Part shown: piece after piece, positions 18,821 through 26,570 of the stretch
How positions within the stretch are numbered: the first letter of the stretch is position 1
Layout of the letters: each line of letters starts with the position of its first letter
DNA from: an uncultured Oscillospiraceae bacterium
Lineage (GTDB): Bacteria > Bacillota > Clostridia > Christensenellales > Aristaeellaceae
Direction: 5' to 3'
Assembly (NCBI GenBank): GCA_964522425.1
Contig: CAZFUT010000003.1
Span: forward strand, 452-64,451
DNA length: 64,000 bases
Made by a program: the position numbers and the translations under genes
The notes under the pieces: model-generated
What the model was told of the DNA's origin: nothing
The model's database searches: none
What the model saw: only the letters and a program-made list of their open reading frames with translations

Positions 18821-20134
18821 TCAGTCTTTTTCCGTCCGCGAAACGCTTTCTCTGATGCCCAGCAGCTGAAGATCGCGGACAGAGGAAGCCAGCATGTTTT
18901 CAAGCTCTCTCACTTTGCGCAAGTCTTCACCCCACAGCATTTCATCCGAAAGAACAGCATACGACAGCGCTTCCGGTTCCATGTCGCTCGACAGCGCATG
19001 GAACCGCTTATCCTGCCCCCGAATGCTCTCCATCACCGTCAGAGCCAGCATGAAGATCAGGCGCCTGCACGGTTTATTCTGTCCCATCCTGTTCCTGACC
19101 GTTGGAAGCGCGTGCCGAATAAAAACGGAGCAGTAATCGATCTCAAGCATCTCAGGCGGCGTGCCAAAAAACTCATTTTCCAGGCGCTCCATACCGTCTG
19201 CCAGGCTCTTTAAATTCGCCGGCGCTTTCTCTTTCGCCAAATATTCGTTCAGCATCATATGCCCGAGCCACGTTCGCAGCGCATCATCATATACCGGGGC
19301 GTTGGTTCCAGGAAGAGAAAGCGCTTCGGCAAGCAGGGCGCAGGAAGACAGCAGCATCGTCCAGACATTCTGTTCGGCTTCAAATCTCTTGTACGCATCC
19401 GCCGATGCCATCACTTCTTTGCCCGCCGCTTTAAGTGGCTGCATAAAAGCCGGTATAGACCGGTCGCTAATCAGTATCCGCCCAAAGCCTTCCACGCGCA
19501 GGATAGGGGCGCCCGACTCTTTTTCCGTGGCTATTTCAACGGCTCTATCGGCATAGCAGGGAATAAAACGGTTGTTTTCCATGACCCATTTCAAAAAATG
19601 TTCAGGCAGCGACCACTCGATCGCCAGCGCCATCACGGCCAGTTGCAGGCGCTTGGCGTTATTCTGCGCCGGCTCAAAGCAAAACACCGAAATCCCTTTT
19701 CGATTGTTCTGATGCCGGGCAAATAAAAGCGCCGCAACCCGGCCCGCAAGCGAGCGGGGATGATCCCGATCATCGTTTTTTGACGATGCTGGCGTTTCAT
19801 CCGTCGTATCGGTCAAGATGCATTGCAGATTTTCCCGGGATGCGATATCAAGAATCTTGGTCCATTCATCCGGTTGGCACACAGTCTTGATGCAATGGAT
19901 GTCTTTTTGCGTTGCCCGCCCGTTTTTCCCTATGCCCGTCGTATACAGCGAATACTGCCCGCCATGCTCAAATACATGTTTCTGCTCATCCGAAACAGGC
20001 CGAAATACCGCGCAGCCTTCATATGCCGCCCGGTTCCCCGCGCTTTCCATCCATTCGTTTGCAAGGCCTCGCAGCGCCGGGCCATCCCCCAGCTGTATAA
20101 ACCTCAGCTTTTCTTTATGGTTGCCGTTATCCAC
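18821..20134 (-). CDS. divergent mannitol-dehydrogenase-family protein (tagaturonate reductase UxaB-like)
   Basis: 437 aa, GTG start. By-eye collinearity with recalled E. coli UxaB: IQLGDGPALRGLANEW vs IQFGEGNFLRAFVDW; ILTDTTDE vs VFSNTTEA; AIEWSLPEHFLKWVMENNRFIPCYADRAV vs [29 protein letters not shown]. Confidence 0.55.
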   Translation of the reverse strand: MDNGNHKEKLRFIQLGDGPALRGLANEWMESAGNRAAYEGCAVFRPVSDEQKHVFEHGGQYSLYTTGIGKNGRATQKDIHCIKTVCQPDEWTKILDIASRENLQCILTDTTDETPASSKNDDRDHPRSLAGRVAALLFARHQNNRKGISVFCFEPAQNNAKRLQLAVMALAIEWSLPEHFLKWVMENNRFIPCYADRAVEIATEKESGAPILRVEGFGRILISDRSIPAFMQPLKAAGKEVMASADAYKRFEAEQNVWTMLLSSCALLAEALSLPGTNAPVYDDALRTWLGHMMLNEYLAKEKAPANLKSLADGMERLENEFFGTPPEMLEIDYCSVFIRHALPTVRNRMGQNKPCRRLIFMLALTVMESIRGQDKRFHALSSDMEPEALSYAVLSDEMLWGEDLRKVRELENMLASSVRDLQLLGIRESVSRTEKD

Positions 20135-20261
20135 ATTCCCACCGCGTTTCTTTCATTGTACCGGATGAATTATAGCATGGACGCAAAGGCCGCTCAAGCC
20201 GGGAAGTGCTTCATCACCGCCGCGCAGCCCTGATTGCCAATATTATAATATGGGATTTTCA

Positions 20262-20290
20262 TTGACAAACAATATCCGTTATGGTAAATT
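20262..20290 (+). promoter_or_regulatory. promoter of rplU-prp-rpmA
   Basis: TTGACA (20262-20267), 17 nt, TAAATT (20285-20290), preceded by TGg (extended -10). Confidence 0.55.
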
Positions 20291-20296
20291 ATCCGG

Positions 20297-20392
20297 TAGC
20301 CGCTCGGAAGGGGCTTTTAATGTGTGTGTACACAGCCTCATAGCTGAAAGATGCTTACCATTCCGGCGAGTTACAAAATGGAGGTGCTGCAA
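20297..20392 (+). promoter_or_regulatory. candidate ribosomal-protein L21 leader (about 100-nt 5' UTR)
   Basis: An unusually long UTR lies between the promoter and the rplU SD. It can pair CCGGTAGC (5' end) with GCTTACC..CCGG (3' end) and holds an internal TGTGTACACA palindrome. L21 leaders are known in Firmicutes. I did not match it to a covariance model. Confidence 0.3.
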
Positions 20393-20698
20393 ATGTACGC
20401 AATCATCGCGACAGGCGGCAAACAGTATCGCGTCTCCGAGGGAGACATCATCTACATCGAGAAGCTCGAATCCAACGTGGAAGACAACGTCAGTTTCCCC
20501 GTCCTCATGCTGGGCGGCGAATCCGTCACCGTAGGCAAGCCCTTTGTGGCCGGCGCCGAAGTGACCGGGAAAGTGCTGCAGCAGGGCCGCGGCGAAAAGA
20601 TTGTTGTTTACAAGTACAAGAGCAAGAAGAACTACCGCCGCAAGGCTGGCCATCGTCAGCCCTTCACCAAGGTGGAAATCACCGGCATCAAAGCCTGA
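20393..20698 (+). CDS. rplU: 50S ribosomal protein L21
   Basis: [25 protein letters not shown]...[33 protein letters not shown]. Confidence 0.95.
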   Translation: MYAIIATGGKQYRVSEGDIIYIEKLESNVEDNVSFPVLMLGGESVTVGKPFVAGAEVTGKVLQQGRGEKIVVYKYKSKKNYRRKAGHRQPFTKVEITGIKA

Positions 20699-20699
20699 A

Positions 20700-21017
20700 A
20701 TGACTGCTGTAAAGCTGCTGAGAACCACGTCCGGCCGCCTATATGGCTATGAGATTTCAGGGCATACAGGGTTTACGGAGGCCGGAAAAGATATCGTGTG
20801 CAGCGCCCTTTCTTTCCTCTCCATCACCTGTGCAAACGCACTGGAGAGCGTGGCTGGAAAAAAGCCCAGCGTGTTTTTACATGAAAAGCAGGGACATCTG
20901 GTCGTTAAGCTTCGGGAAACAGAATTGACAGAGCAGACGGATATTATTTTCAAAGTCTTCAAGCAGGGTATCAGCGATTTATGCGCCGAATACCCCCGGT
21001 ACATCCAAACAATCTGA
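20700..21017 (+). CDS. prp: ribosomal-processing cysteine protease Prp (YsxB family)
   Basis: 105 aa between rplU and rpmA. GYEISGHTGF...GKDIVCSALS supplies the catalytic His/Cys pair. Confidence 0.85.
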   Translation: MTAVKLLRTTSGRLYGYEISGHTGFTEAGKDIVCSALSFLSITCANALESVAGKKPSVFLHEKQGHLVVKLRETELTEQTDIIFKVFKQGISDLCAEYPRYIQTI

Positions 21018-21038
21018 TTCAAAACGGAGGAATTAATC

Positions 21039-21332
21039 ATGTTGAAGCTGAACCTTCAATTGTTCGCCCACAAAAAAGGTATGGGCTCCACCCGCAACGG
21101 CCGCGACAGCGAAAGCAAACGCCTTGGCGCAAAGCGTGCCGATGGCCAGTTCGTGCTGGCCGGCAACATCCTCGTGCGTCAGCGCGGCACCAAGATCCAT
21201 CCCGGCACCAACGTCGGCATCGGCAAGGATGATACGCTTTTTGCGAAGGCAGACGGCGTTGTTCGTTTCGAGCATCTCGGCAAGTTCCGCAAAAAGGTAA
21301 GCATTTACCCCGTCGAAGCTGTCGCCCAGTAA
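21039..21332 (+). CDS. rpmA: 50S ribosomal protein L27 (with Prp-cleaved N-terminal extension)
   Basis: [30 protein letters not shown]. This is the Firmicutes-type propeptide followed by the conserved AHKK N-terminus. Confidence 0.95.
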   Translation: MLKLNLQLFAHKKGMGSTRNGRDSESKRLGAKRADGQFVLAGNILVRQRGTKIHPGTNVGIGKDDTLFAKADGVVRFEHLGKFRKKVSIYPVEAVAQ

Positions 21333-21350
21333 TAACGATGCTGTGCCATG

Positions 21351-21377
21351 AAAAGCTGCGCAATGCAGCTTTTTTTA
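21351..21377 (+). terminator. intrinsic terminator after rpmA
   Basis: AAAGCTGC-GCAAT-GCAGCTTT followed by TTTTT, 19 nt after the stop. Confidence 0.8.
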
Positions 21378-21402
21378 ATGCCGAAAGAAAACATACGCCG
21401 AA

Positions 21403-21431
21403 TTGACAAAGCTACCTGTTCTTTCTATAAT
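21403..21431 (+). promoter_or_regulatory. consensus sigma-70 promoter of asnA-GS(III)
   Basis: TTGACA (21403-21408), exactly 17 nt, TATAAT (21426-21431). Confidence 0.6.
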
Positions 21432-21458
21432 TTGTGCATTATTCGTTGGGGAGGCGCT

Positions 21459-22466
21459 ATGGCAAACACACTGGTTCCGGCATTCTACCGTTCCCGTCTC
21501 ACGCTGTATGAAACGCAGGAAGCTATTTCGATTATCAAAAAGACCTTCGAGGACGCGTTGGCGAAGGCCCTGCACTTAAAGCGCGTTTCCGCGCCGCTGT
21601 TTGTCGAAACAGCCTCCGGCCTGAACGACGATTTAAGCGGTGTGGAGCGCCCCGTTCGCTTTGATATCAAACAGACAAGCGCCGAAGTTGAGGTTGTCCA
21701 CTCCCTTGCCAAATGGAAGCGGATGGCGCTGAAACAGTACTCTTTCCCTGTTGGAGAGGGGTTGTATACCGATATGAACGCGATCCGCCGCGACGAAACG
21801 CTGGATAATCTGCATTCCGTTTATGTGGACCAATGGGACTGGGAGAAAGTAATCACCAAGGAAATGCGCACGCTGGCAACGTTAAAAGATACCATGCAGC
21901 GCATCGTAACGGCTATCTGCATCACCAACGATATGTTAAAATGGCGTTTTCCCCAGCTGGATACCGCACTGCAAAGAGAAGCTGCTTTCATCACCTCGCA
22001 GGAGCTTGAGGACAAATGGCCCTCTCTGACGCCCAAGGAGCGGGAAAACCGTTTTGTACAGGACAACGGCACCGCCTGCATCCTTCAAATCGGCGGCACA
22101 TTAAAAAGCGGACAGCCGCACGATCTTCGCGCCCCCGACTATGACGACTGGCAGCTGAACGGCGACATCCTCTTCTGGGACGACACGCTGGGTATCGCGA
22201 TGGAGCTTTCTTCCATGGGCATACGCGTCAGCCCCGAAAGCCTGCAAAGGCAGCTGAAGGCGTCCGGCTGTCTGCATCGCAGCACTTTCCCCTTCCACAG
22301 CGCGCTGTTAAAGGGAGAGCTCCCCTATACCATCGGCGGCGGGATCGGGCAAAGCAGAATGTGCATGCTGCTGCTGCAAAAAGCCCACATCGGCGAAGTA
22401 CAGTCTTCCTTCTGGGATGAAGAAACGCTGAGTGCCTGCCGCGCCGCGCATATTACGCTATTGTAA
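21459..22466 (+). CDS. asnA: aspartate-ammonia ligase (ammonia-dependent asparagine synthetase A)
   Basis: Start trimmed to [10 protein letters not shown] (GGGGAGG SD). [70 protein letters not shown]. These are AsnA class-II synthetase-like signatures. Confidence 0.9.
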   Translation: MANTLVPAFYRSRLTLYETQEAISIIKKTFEDALAKALHLKRVSAPLFVETASGLNDDLSGVERPVRFDIKQTSAEVEVVHSLAKWKRMALKQYSFPVGEGLYTDMNAIRRDETLDNLHSVYVDQWDWEKVITKEMRTLATLKDTMQRIVTAICITNDMLKWRFPQLDTALQREAAFITSQELEDKWPSLTPKERENRFVQDNGTACILQIGGTLKSGQPHDLRAPDYDDWQLNGDILFWDDTLGIAMELSSMGIRVSPESLQRQLKASGCLHRSTFPFHSALLKGELPYTIGGGIGQSRMCMLLLQKAHIGEVQSSFWDEETLSACRAAHITLL

Positions 22467-22476
22467 GGAGGTTCTT

Positions 22477-24561
22477 ATGCCCACGCCTGACGAATTATAC
22501 GCAAGTCTTGTGTTTAATGATGCGGTGATGCGCAAGCGCCTGCCTAAAGAAACCTATCAGGCGCTGCACCGCACCGTTGAAAGTGGGCGCCGCCTGCCCG
22601 AAGAGGTTGCCGGCGTCATTGCCAACGCCATGAAGGATTGGGCGGTCGAAAAAGGCTGCACGCACTTTACGCATTGGTTTCAGCCGCTGACGGGCGTTAC
22701 CGCCGAAAAGCACGAAAGCTTCCTCAACCCCGATAAAAACGGCGGCGCCATCATGGAGTTTGGCCCCAAAGAGCTGGTGCGCGGCGAGCCCGACGCCTCC
22801 TCCTTTCCCTCCGGCGGCCTCAGGGCCACGTTCGAGGCGCGCGGCTACACCGGATGGGATCCCACCAGCTACGCGTTTATCAAGAACGATACGCTATGCA
22901 TCCCGTCTGTGTTTTGCAGCTATTCCGGCGATGCGCTCGACAAAAAAACCCCGCTCCTCCGCTCCATGGACGCGCTCAACCGCAACGCGCTGCGTATCCT
23001 GCGCCTGTTTTCCAACAGAGACGTGCAGCGCGTATTCGCCACGACGGGCGCGGAGCAGGAGTATTTTCTGATCGACGAGAAGCTGTTTCAAAAGCGGCGT
23101 GATTTGCAGCATACCGGCCGCACGCTGTTCGGCGCACGCCCCGTGAAGGGGCAGGAATTGGACGACCACTATTTCGGCAGCATTAAGCCGAGGGTATTGG
23201 CCTTCACGAGGGACTTGGATCGCGAGCTGTGGAAGCTCGGCATCCCCTGCAAAACCGAGCACAACGAAACCGCCCCGGCCCAGCATGAGATCGCGCCGGT
23301 TTTTGAAAACGCCAATACCGCGACCGATCACAACCAGCTGATCATGGACCTGCTTAAAAATACGGCTGCCAGGCACGGCATGGTTTGCCTGCTGCACGAA
23401 AAGCCGTTCCACGGCATCAACGGCTCGGGCAAACACAATAACTGGGGCCTCTGCACCGATACCGGCATCAACCTTTTGGAACCGGGCGATACGCCGCAGG
23501 AAGACGCGCAGTTTTTGCTTTTCCTTTGCGCCGTTCTAAAGGCTGTGGATGAACATCAGGACCTGCTGCGCATCTCCGTTGCGACTGCCGGTAACGATTT
23601 CCGCCTTGGCGCGCATGAAGCGCCGCCTGCCATCGTCTCCATTTATCTGGGGGATGAACTGGGCAGCGTCCTGGATGCGTTGGAGCATCATAATACCTAC
23701 ATAAAGGAAACCAATGCCGCCATGAGTGTGGGCGTCCATATGCTGCCGCGCATCCCCAAGGATTCGTCCGACCGCAACCGTACCAGCCCCTTTGCTTTTT
23801 CCGGCAACAAGTTTGAGTTTCGGTCGCTGGGTTCATCCAACTCGACCGCTTCCCCCAATATCGTGCTCAATACCATCGTTGCGGACGCCCTTGGCGATTT
23901 TGCCGATCAGCTGGAAAAGGCCGACGATTTTCAGCTTGCCTGCCAGAAGCTGATCGTCGATACCATTATCCGCCATAAACGCATCATATTCAATGGCAAC
24001 AGCTATTCCGAGGATTGGGTCAGAGAGGCCCAAAAGCGCGGCCTGCTCAATCTGCCCTCCGTCCCGGATTGTATCCCTTACCTGATCACGGCGGAAAACA
24101 TCGCGTTGTTTGAACGCCAGCGCGTCATGAGCGCAACGGAACTGCACAGCCGTTACGAAGTATTGGCGGATAATTATTGCAAAATAACAGCCATCGAGGG
24201 ACAGACCATGCTGGAGATGTCCAGACGCGATATTTATCCCGCCGTATTAAAACAGCTGGACGCATTGTGTTCCGGCGCGGAAAAACGGATGAAGCTGCTT
24301 GGCGTATCGCCCTGTGAAACGGCCTTGATTCAAAAACTCGATCAAATCGCCGGTGATATGGCCAAGCAGACCGACGTTCTTGAATCGGCACTGAAAGAGA
24401 CGGAAAGCATTGACAGCTCCATCGAAAAAGCGCTGCTGTATCGCAGCCGCGTACTGCCCGCCATGCAAGCGCTGCGTATGTCCGCGGACGCGGCTGAACA
24501 GCTTTGCGACCGCAGCCTATGGCCCCTTCCCAGCTACGCCGACCTGCTGGGCAGCATTTAA
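22477..24561 (+). CDS. glnN: glutamine synthetase, type III
   Basis: 694 aa. N-terminal [18 protein letters not shown]...[62 protein letters not shown]. Size and motifs are those of GSIII. Starts 10 nt after the asnA stop. Confidence 0.9.
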   Translation: MPTPDELYASLVFNDAVMRKRLPKETYQALHRTVESGRRLPEEVAGVIANAMKDWAVEKGCTHFTHWFQPLTGVTAEKHESFLNPDKNGGAIMEFGPKELVRGEPDASSFPSGGLRATFEARGYTGWDPTSYAFIKNDTLCIPSVFCSYSGDALDKKTPLLRSMDALNRNALRILRLFSNRDVQRVFATTGAEQEYFLIDEKLFQKRRDLQHTGRTLFGARPVKGQELDDHYFGSIKPRVLAFTRDLDRELWKLGIPCKTEHNETAPAQHEIAPVFENANTATDHNQLIMDLLKNTAARHGMVCLLHEKPFHGINGSGKHNNWGLCTDTGINLLEPGDTPQEDAQFLLFLCAVLKAVDEHQDLLRISVATAGNDFRLGAHEAPPAIVSIYLGDELGSVLDALEHHNTYIKETNAAMSVGVHMLPRIPKDSSDRNRTSPFAFSGNKFEFRSLGSSNSTASPNIVLNTIVADALGDFADQLEKADDFQLACQKLIVDTIIRHKRIIFNGNSYSEDWVREAQKRGLLNLPSVPDCIPYLITAENIALFERQRVMSATELHSRYEVLADNYCKITAIEGQTMLEMSRRDIYPAVLKQLDALCSGAEKRMKLLGVSPCETALIQKLDQIAGDMAKQTDVLESALKETESIDSSIEKALLYRSRVLPAMQALRMSADAAEQLCDRSLWPLPSYADLLGSI

Positions 24562-24573
24562 GAAACCTCGCAC

Positions 24574-24608
24574 AATGCCGCTTCCGTTTGGAGGCGGCAT
24601 TATTTTTG
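24574..24608 (+). terminator. intrinsic terminator after the GS(III) gene
   Basis: AATGCCGCTTCC-GTTT-GGAGGCGGCATT (12-bp stem with one G-U pair) followed by ATTTTTG. Confidence 0.8.
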
Positions 24609-24611
24609 CGC

Positions 24612-25490
24612 TCAGTCGACCATCCCAAAGCTTTGCAGGCAAAAATAGACAATGTCGGCCTGATCGCAGATTCTGTGGCTGAGCGGAAAGCCTCGGAATG
24701 TTTCTACCGTGATAACAGGGATGCCGGCTTTTTCCGAAACCGACTGATTCAGCGATCCCTTTACGCCGGGACTGACAAAATTAAACGGATGATGCCCCAG
24801 CGTTTTGTTTTCATAAGCGCCCAGCAGCTCGAAAAAAAGCTCTTCTGCGCCGTCCAATCGGGTAAAAATCAGCTTGTTGCCGAGAAATTCTCTGTGCTTT
24901 CCGTAATATGCGGCCTCGTGCAGATCCAGCACAAGCGATGGCTGTATTGCCGCTATGTCTTCGTAGACGGCATAGGCAAGCCGCTGCGCCAGATCTCCGT
25001 CTGCTTTTCCGGGATATGCTCTGTTCAGATCCATGGAGGCTTCAATATACCTGTTCTCTTTCGCGCATCCCGGCTCATTTACGCGCGGAACAATATACAG
25101 TTTTCCTTTTTTTAGACGCGCCTTGGGAAGGTGCTCCGCGAAATACCATCCTGCGATCTCATCCCCGTGGGTTCCGGCAACCAGATATACAACCGGCCCC
25201 TCCGCGCCGGCATCCACCAAATACGCAGGCGTCGCCGCCTTGGTTCCGCCTGCCAGCATGTGATGGATCTCAGCATCGCGCTCATTAAAAGAAAACGGCA
25301 GCTTTAGCGAAGGAATGCTTCCCCGTTCAACGTCCTTCTCCCCTTCCTTCACCTTTTCACCGGTAAAGCAAAAACTCTGATCGAATTCCGGCAGATAAAT
25401 TTCCTGCTCGCAGTGGACAAGGGGAACCGCAAGCATGTACAGGCCTATTACGCCCAGCAAGCATATGAGTTTTTTCATGTTTTTTCGCAA
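24612..25490 (-). CDS. secreted zinc peptidase/deacylase of the M14 / succinylglutamate desuccinylase-aspartoacylase (AstE/AspA) family
   Basis: 292 aa with a signal peptide. HxxE zinc motif AGTHGDEIAG and distal LDLHEA. Confidence 0.7.
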   Translation of the reverse strand: MRKNMKKLICLLGVIGLYMLAVPLVHCEQEIYLPEFDQSFCFTGEKVKEGEKDVERGSIPSLKLPFSFNERDAEIHHMLAGGTKAATPAYLVDAGAEGPVVYLVAGTHGDEIAGWYFAEHLPKARLKKGKLYIVPRVNEPGCAKENRYIEASMDLNRAYPGKADGDLAQRLAYAVYEDIAAIQPSLVLDLHEAAYYGKHREFLGNKLIFTRLDGAEELFFELLGAYENKTLGHHPFNFVSPGVKGSLNQSVSEKAGIPVITVETFRGFPLSHRICDQADIVYFCLQSFGMVD

Positions 25491-25520
25491 AAGGAGCCTC
25501 TTTAAGCGGTTCCTTATCCC

Positions 25521-26570
25521 TTAATACGTGCTGAAACTGTAAACGGTCAACCGGTGATACGGCTGCTGCGCCGTAACAACAGGGCAGTCAAACGCCTCCT
25601 GGTTAACCGCGTCGGGATGATGCTGGGTTTCCAGCGCAATCCCGGCATACGGCCCGTACGCACGCTGCCCTTTTCCGGTAAGATGCAGGTTTTGTCCGGT
25701 GTACAACTGCATGGCGGGCTGATCGGTTTCCACCGTCATTTGCCGCCGGCTCATCGGATCGCGCAATATGGCGGCCAAGTGAAGCCCATTCCCCGGAAGG
25801 TCGTAGCTGATATCAAAGCCGTTGTCCCTGGCCATCAGCGGATGATCCTGCTTACGGTCGATGGCGTCGCGCAGCCGCGTGAATTTGCGCAGATCGTAAG
25901 GCGTACCCTCTGTTTCCATCAGCCAGCCGGTCGGAATCAGATCATCCCCTGTTTCGGCGACGAGGCTCGACGGGATCATCAGCTCGTGCTCCAGCGCGTC
26001 CCCTTCGCCGCTTAAATTAAAGTAGCTGTGGTTGCACAGGTTAAGCACCGTATCCCGGTTCGTTTCAGCCAGATAGTTGATTTCCAGCCGGTTGGCGTCA
26101 TCAAAGGAGTAGACCACCTGCACCCGTATTTTTCCGGGGAATCCGCCTTCCCCGTCGTGCGACAGCAGATAGAAGGCTGCAAAGTCTCTGTCCTTCCCCT
26201 CTGTCGTTTCGTATACCCAGAATTTCTTATCAAACCCTTCCGTGCCACCATGCAGGGTATTCACGCCTTCATTCGCGGTCAAGCGATAGGTTTCCCCGTT
26301 CAAAACAAACTGAGCACCCGCAATGCGGTTGGCATAGCGTCCGACCGTCGCGCCGATATAGCCGTTGCCTTTGGCCGCATAGCCGTCCAAAGTATCAAAG
26401 CCAAGGCACACATCCTTTAGCTGCCCGTTCTGATCGGGTACGATCGCCGACTGTATGGCTGCGCCATAGTTGATCAGCGATACGCTGGCCCCGTATCTGT
26501 TGGTCATGGTGATTTTATCGATGCGATGCTCCAAAAAATCCGTACCGAACGGTTCTATACGAATGCTCAT
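25521..26570 (-). CDS. galM: aldose 1-epimerase (galactose mutarotase family)
   Basis: NTLHGG..GFDKK.W, LCNHSYFNL, GIALETQHHPDA. Start set at MSIRIEPFG, giving an ATGA overlap with the rho-like stop. Confidence 0.85.
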   Translation of the reverse strand: MSIRIEPFGTDFLEHRIDKITMTNRYGASVSLINYGAAIQSAIVPDQNGQLKDVCLGFDTLDGYAAKGNGYIGATVGRYANRIAGAQFVLNGETYRLTANEGVNTLHGGTEGFDKKFWVYETTEGKDRDFAAFYLLSHDGEGGFPGKIRVQVVYSFDDANRLEINYLAETNRDTVLNLCNHSYFNLSGEGDALEHELMIPSSLVAETGDDLIPTGWLMETEGTPYDLRKFTRLRDAIDRKQDHPLMARDNGFDISYDLPGNGLHLAAILRDPMSRRQMTVETDQPAMQLYTGQNLHLTGKGQRAYGPYAGIALETQHHPDAVNQEAFDCPVVTAQQPYHRLTVYSFSTY

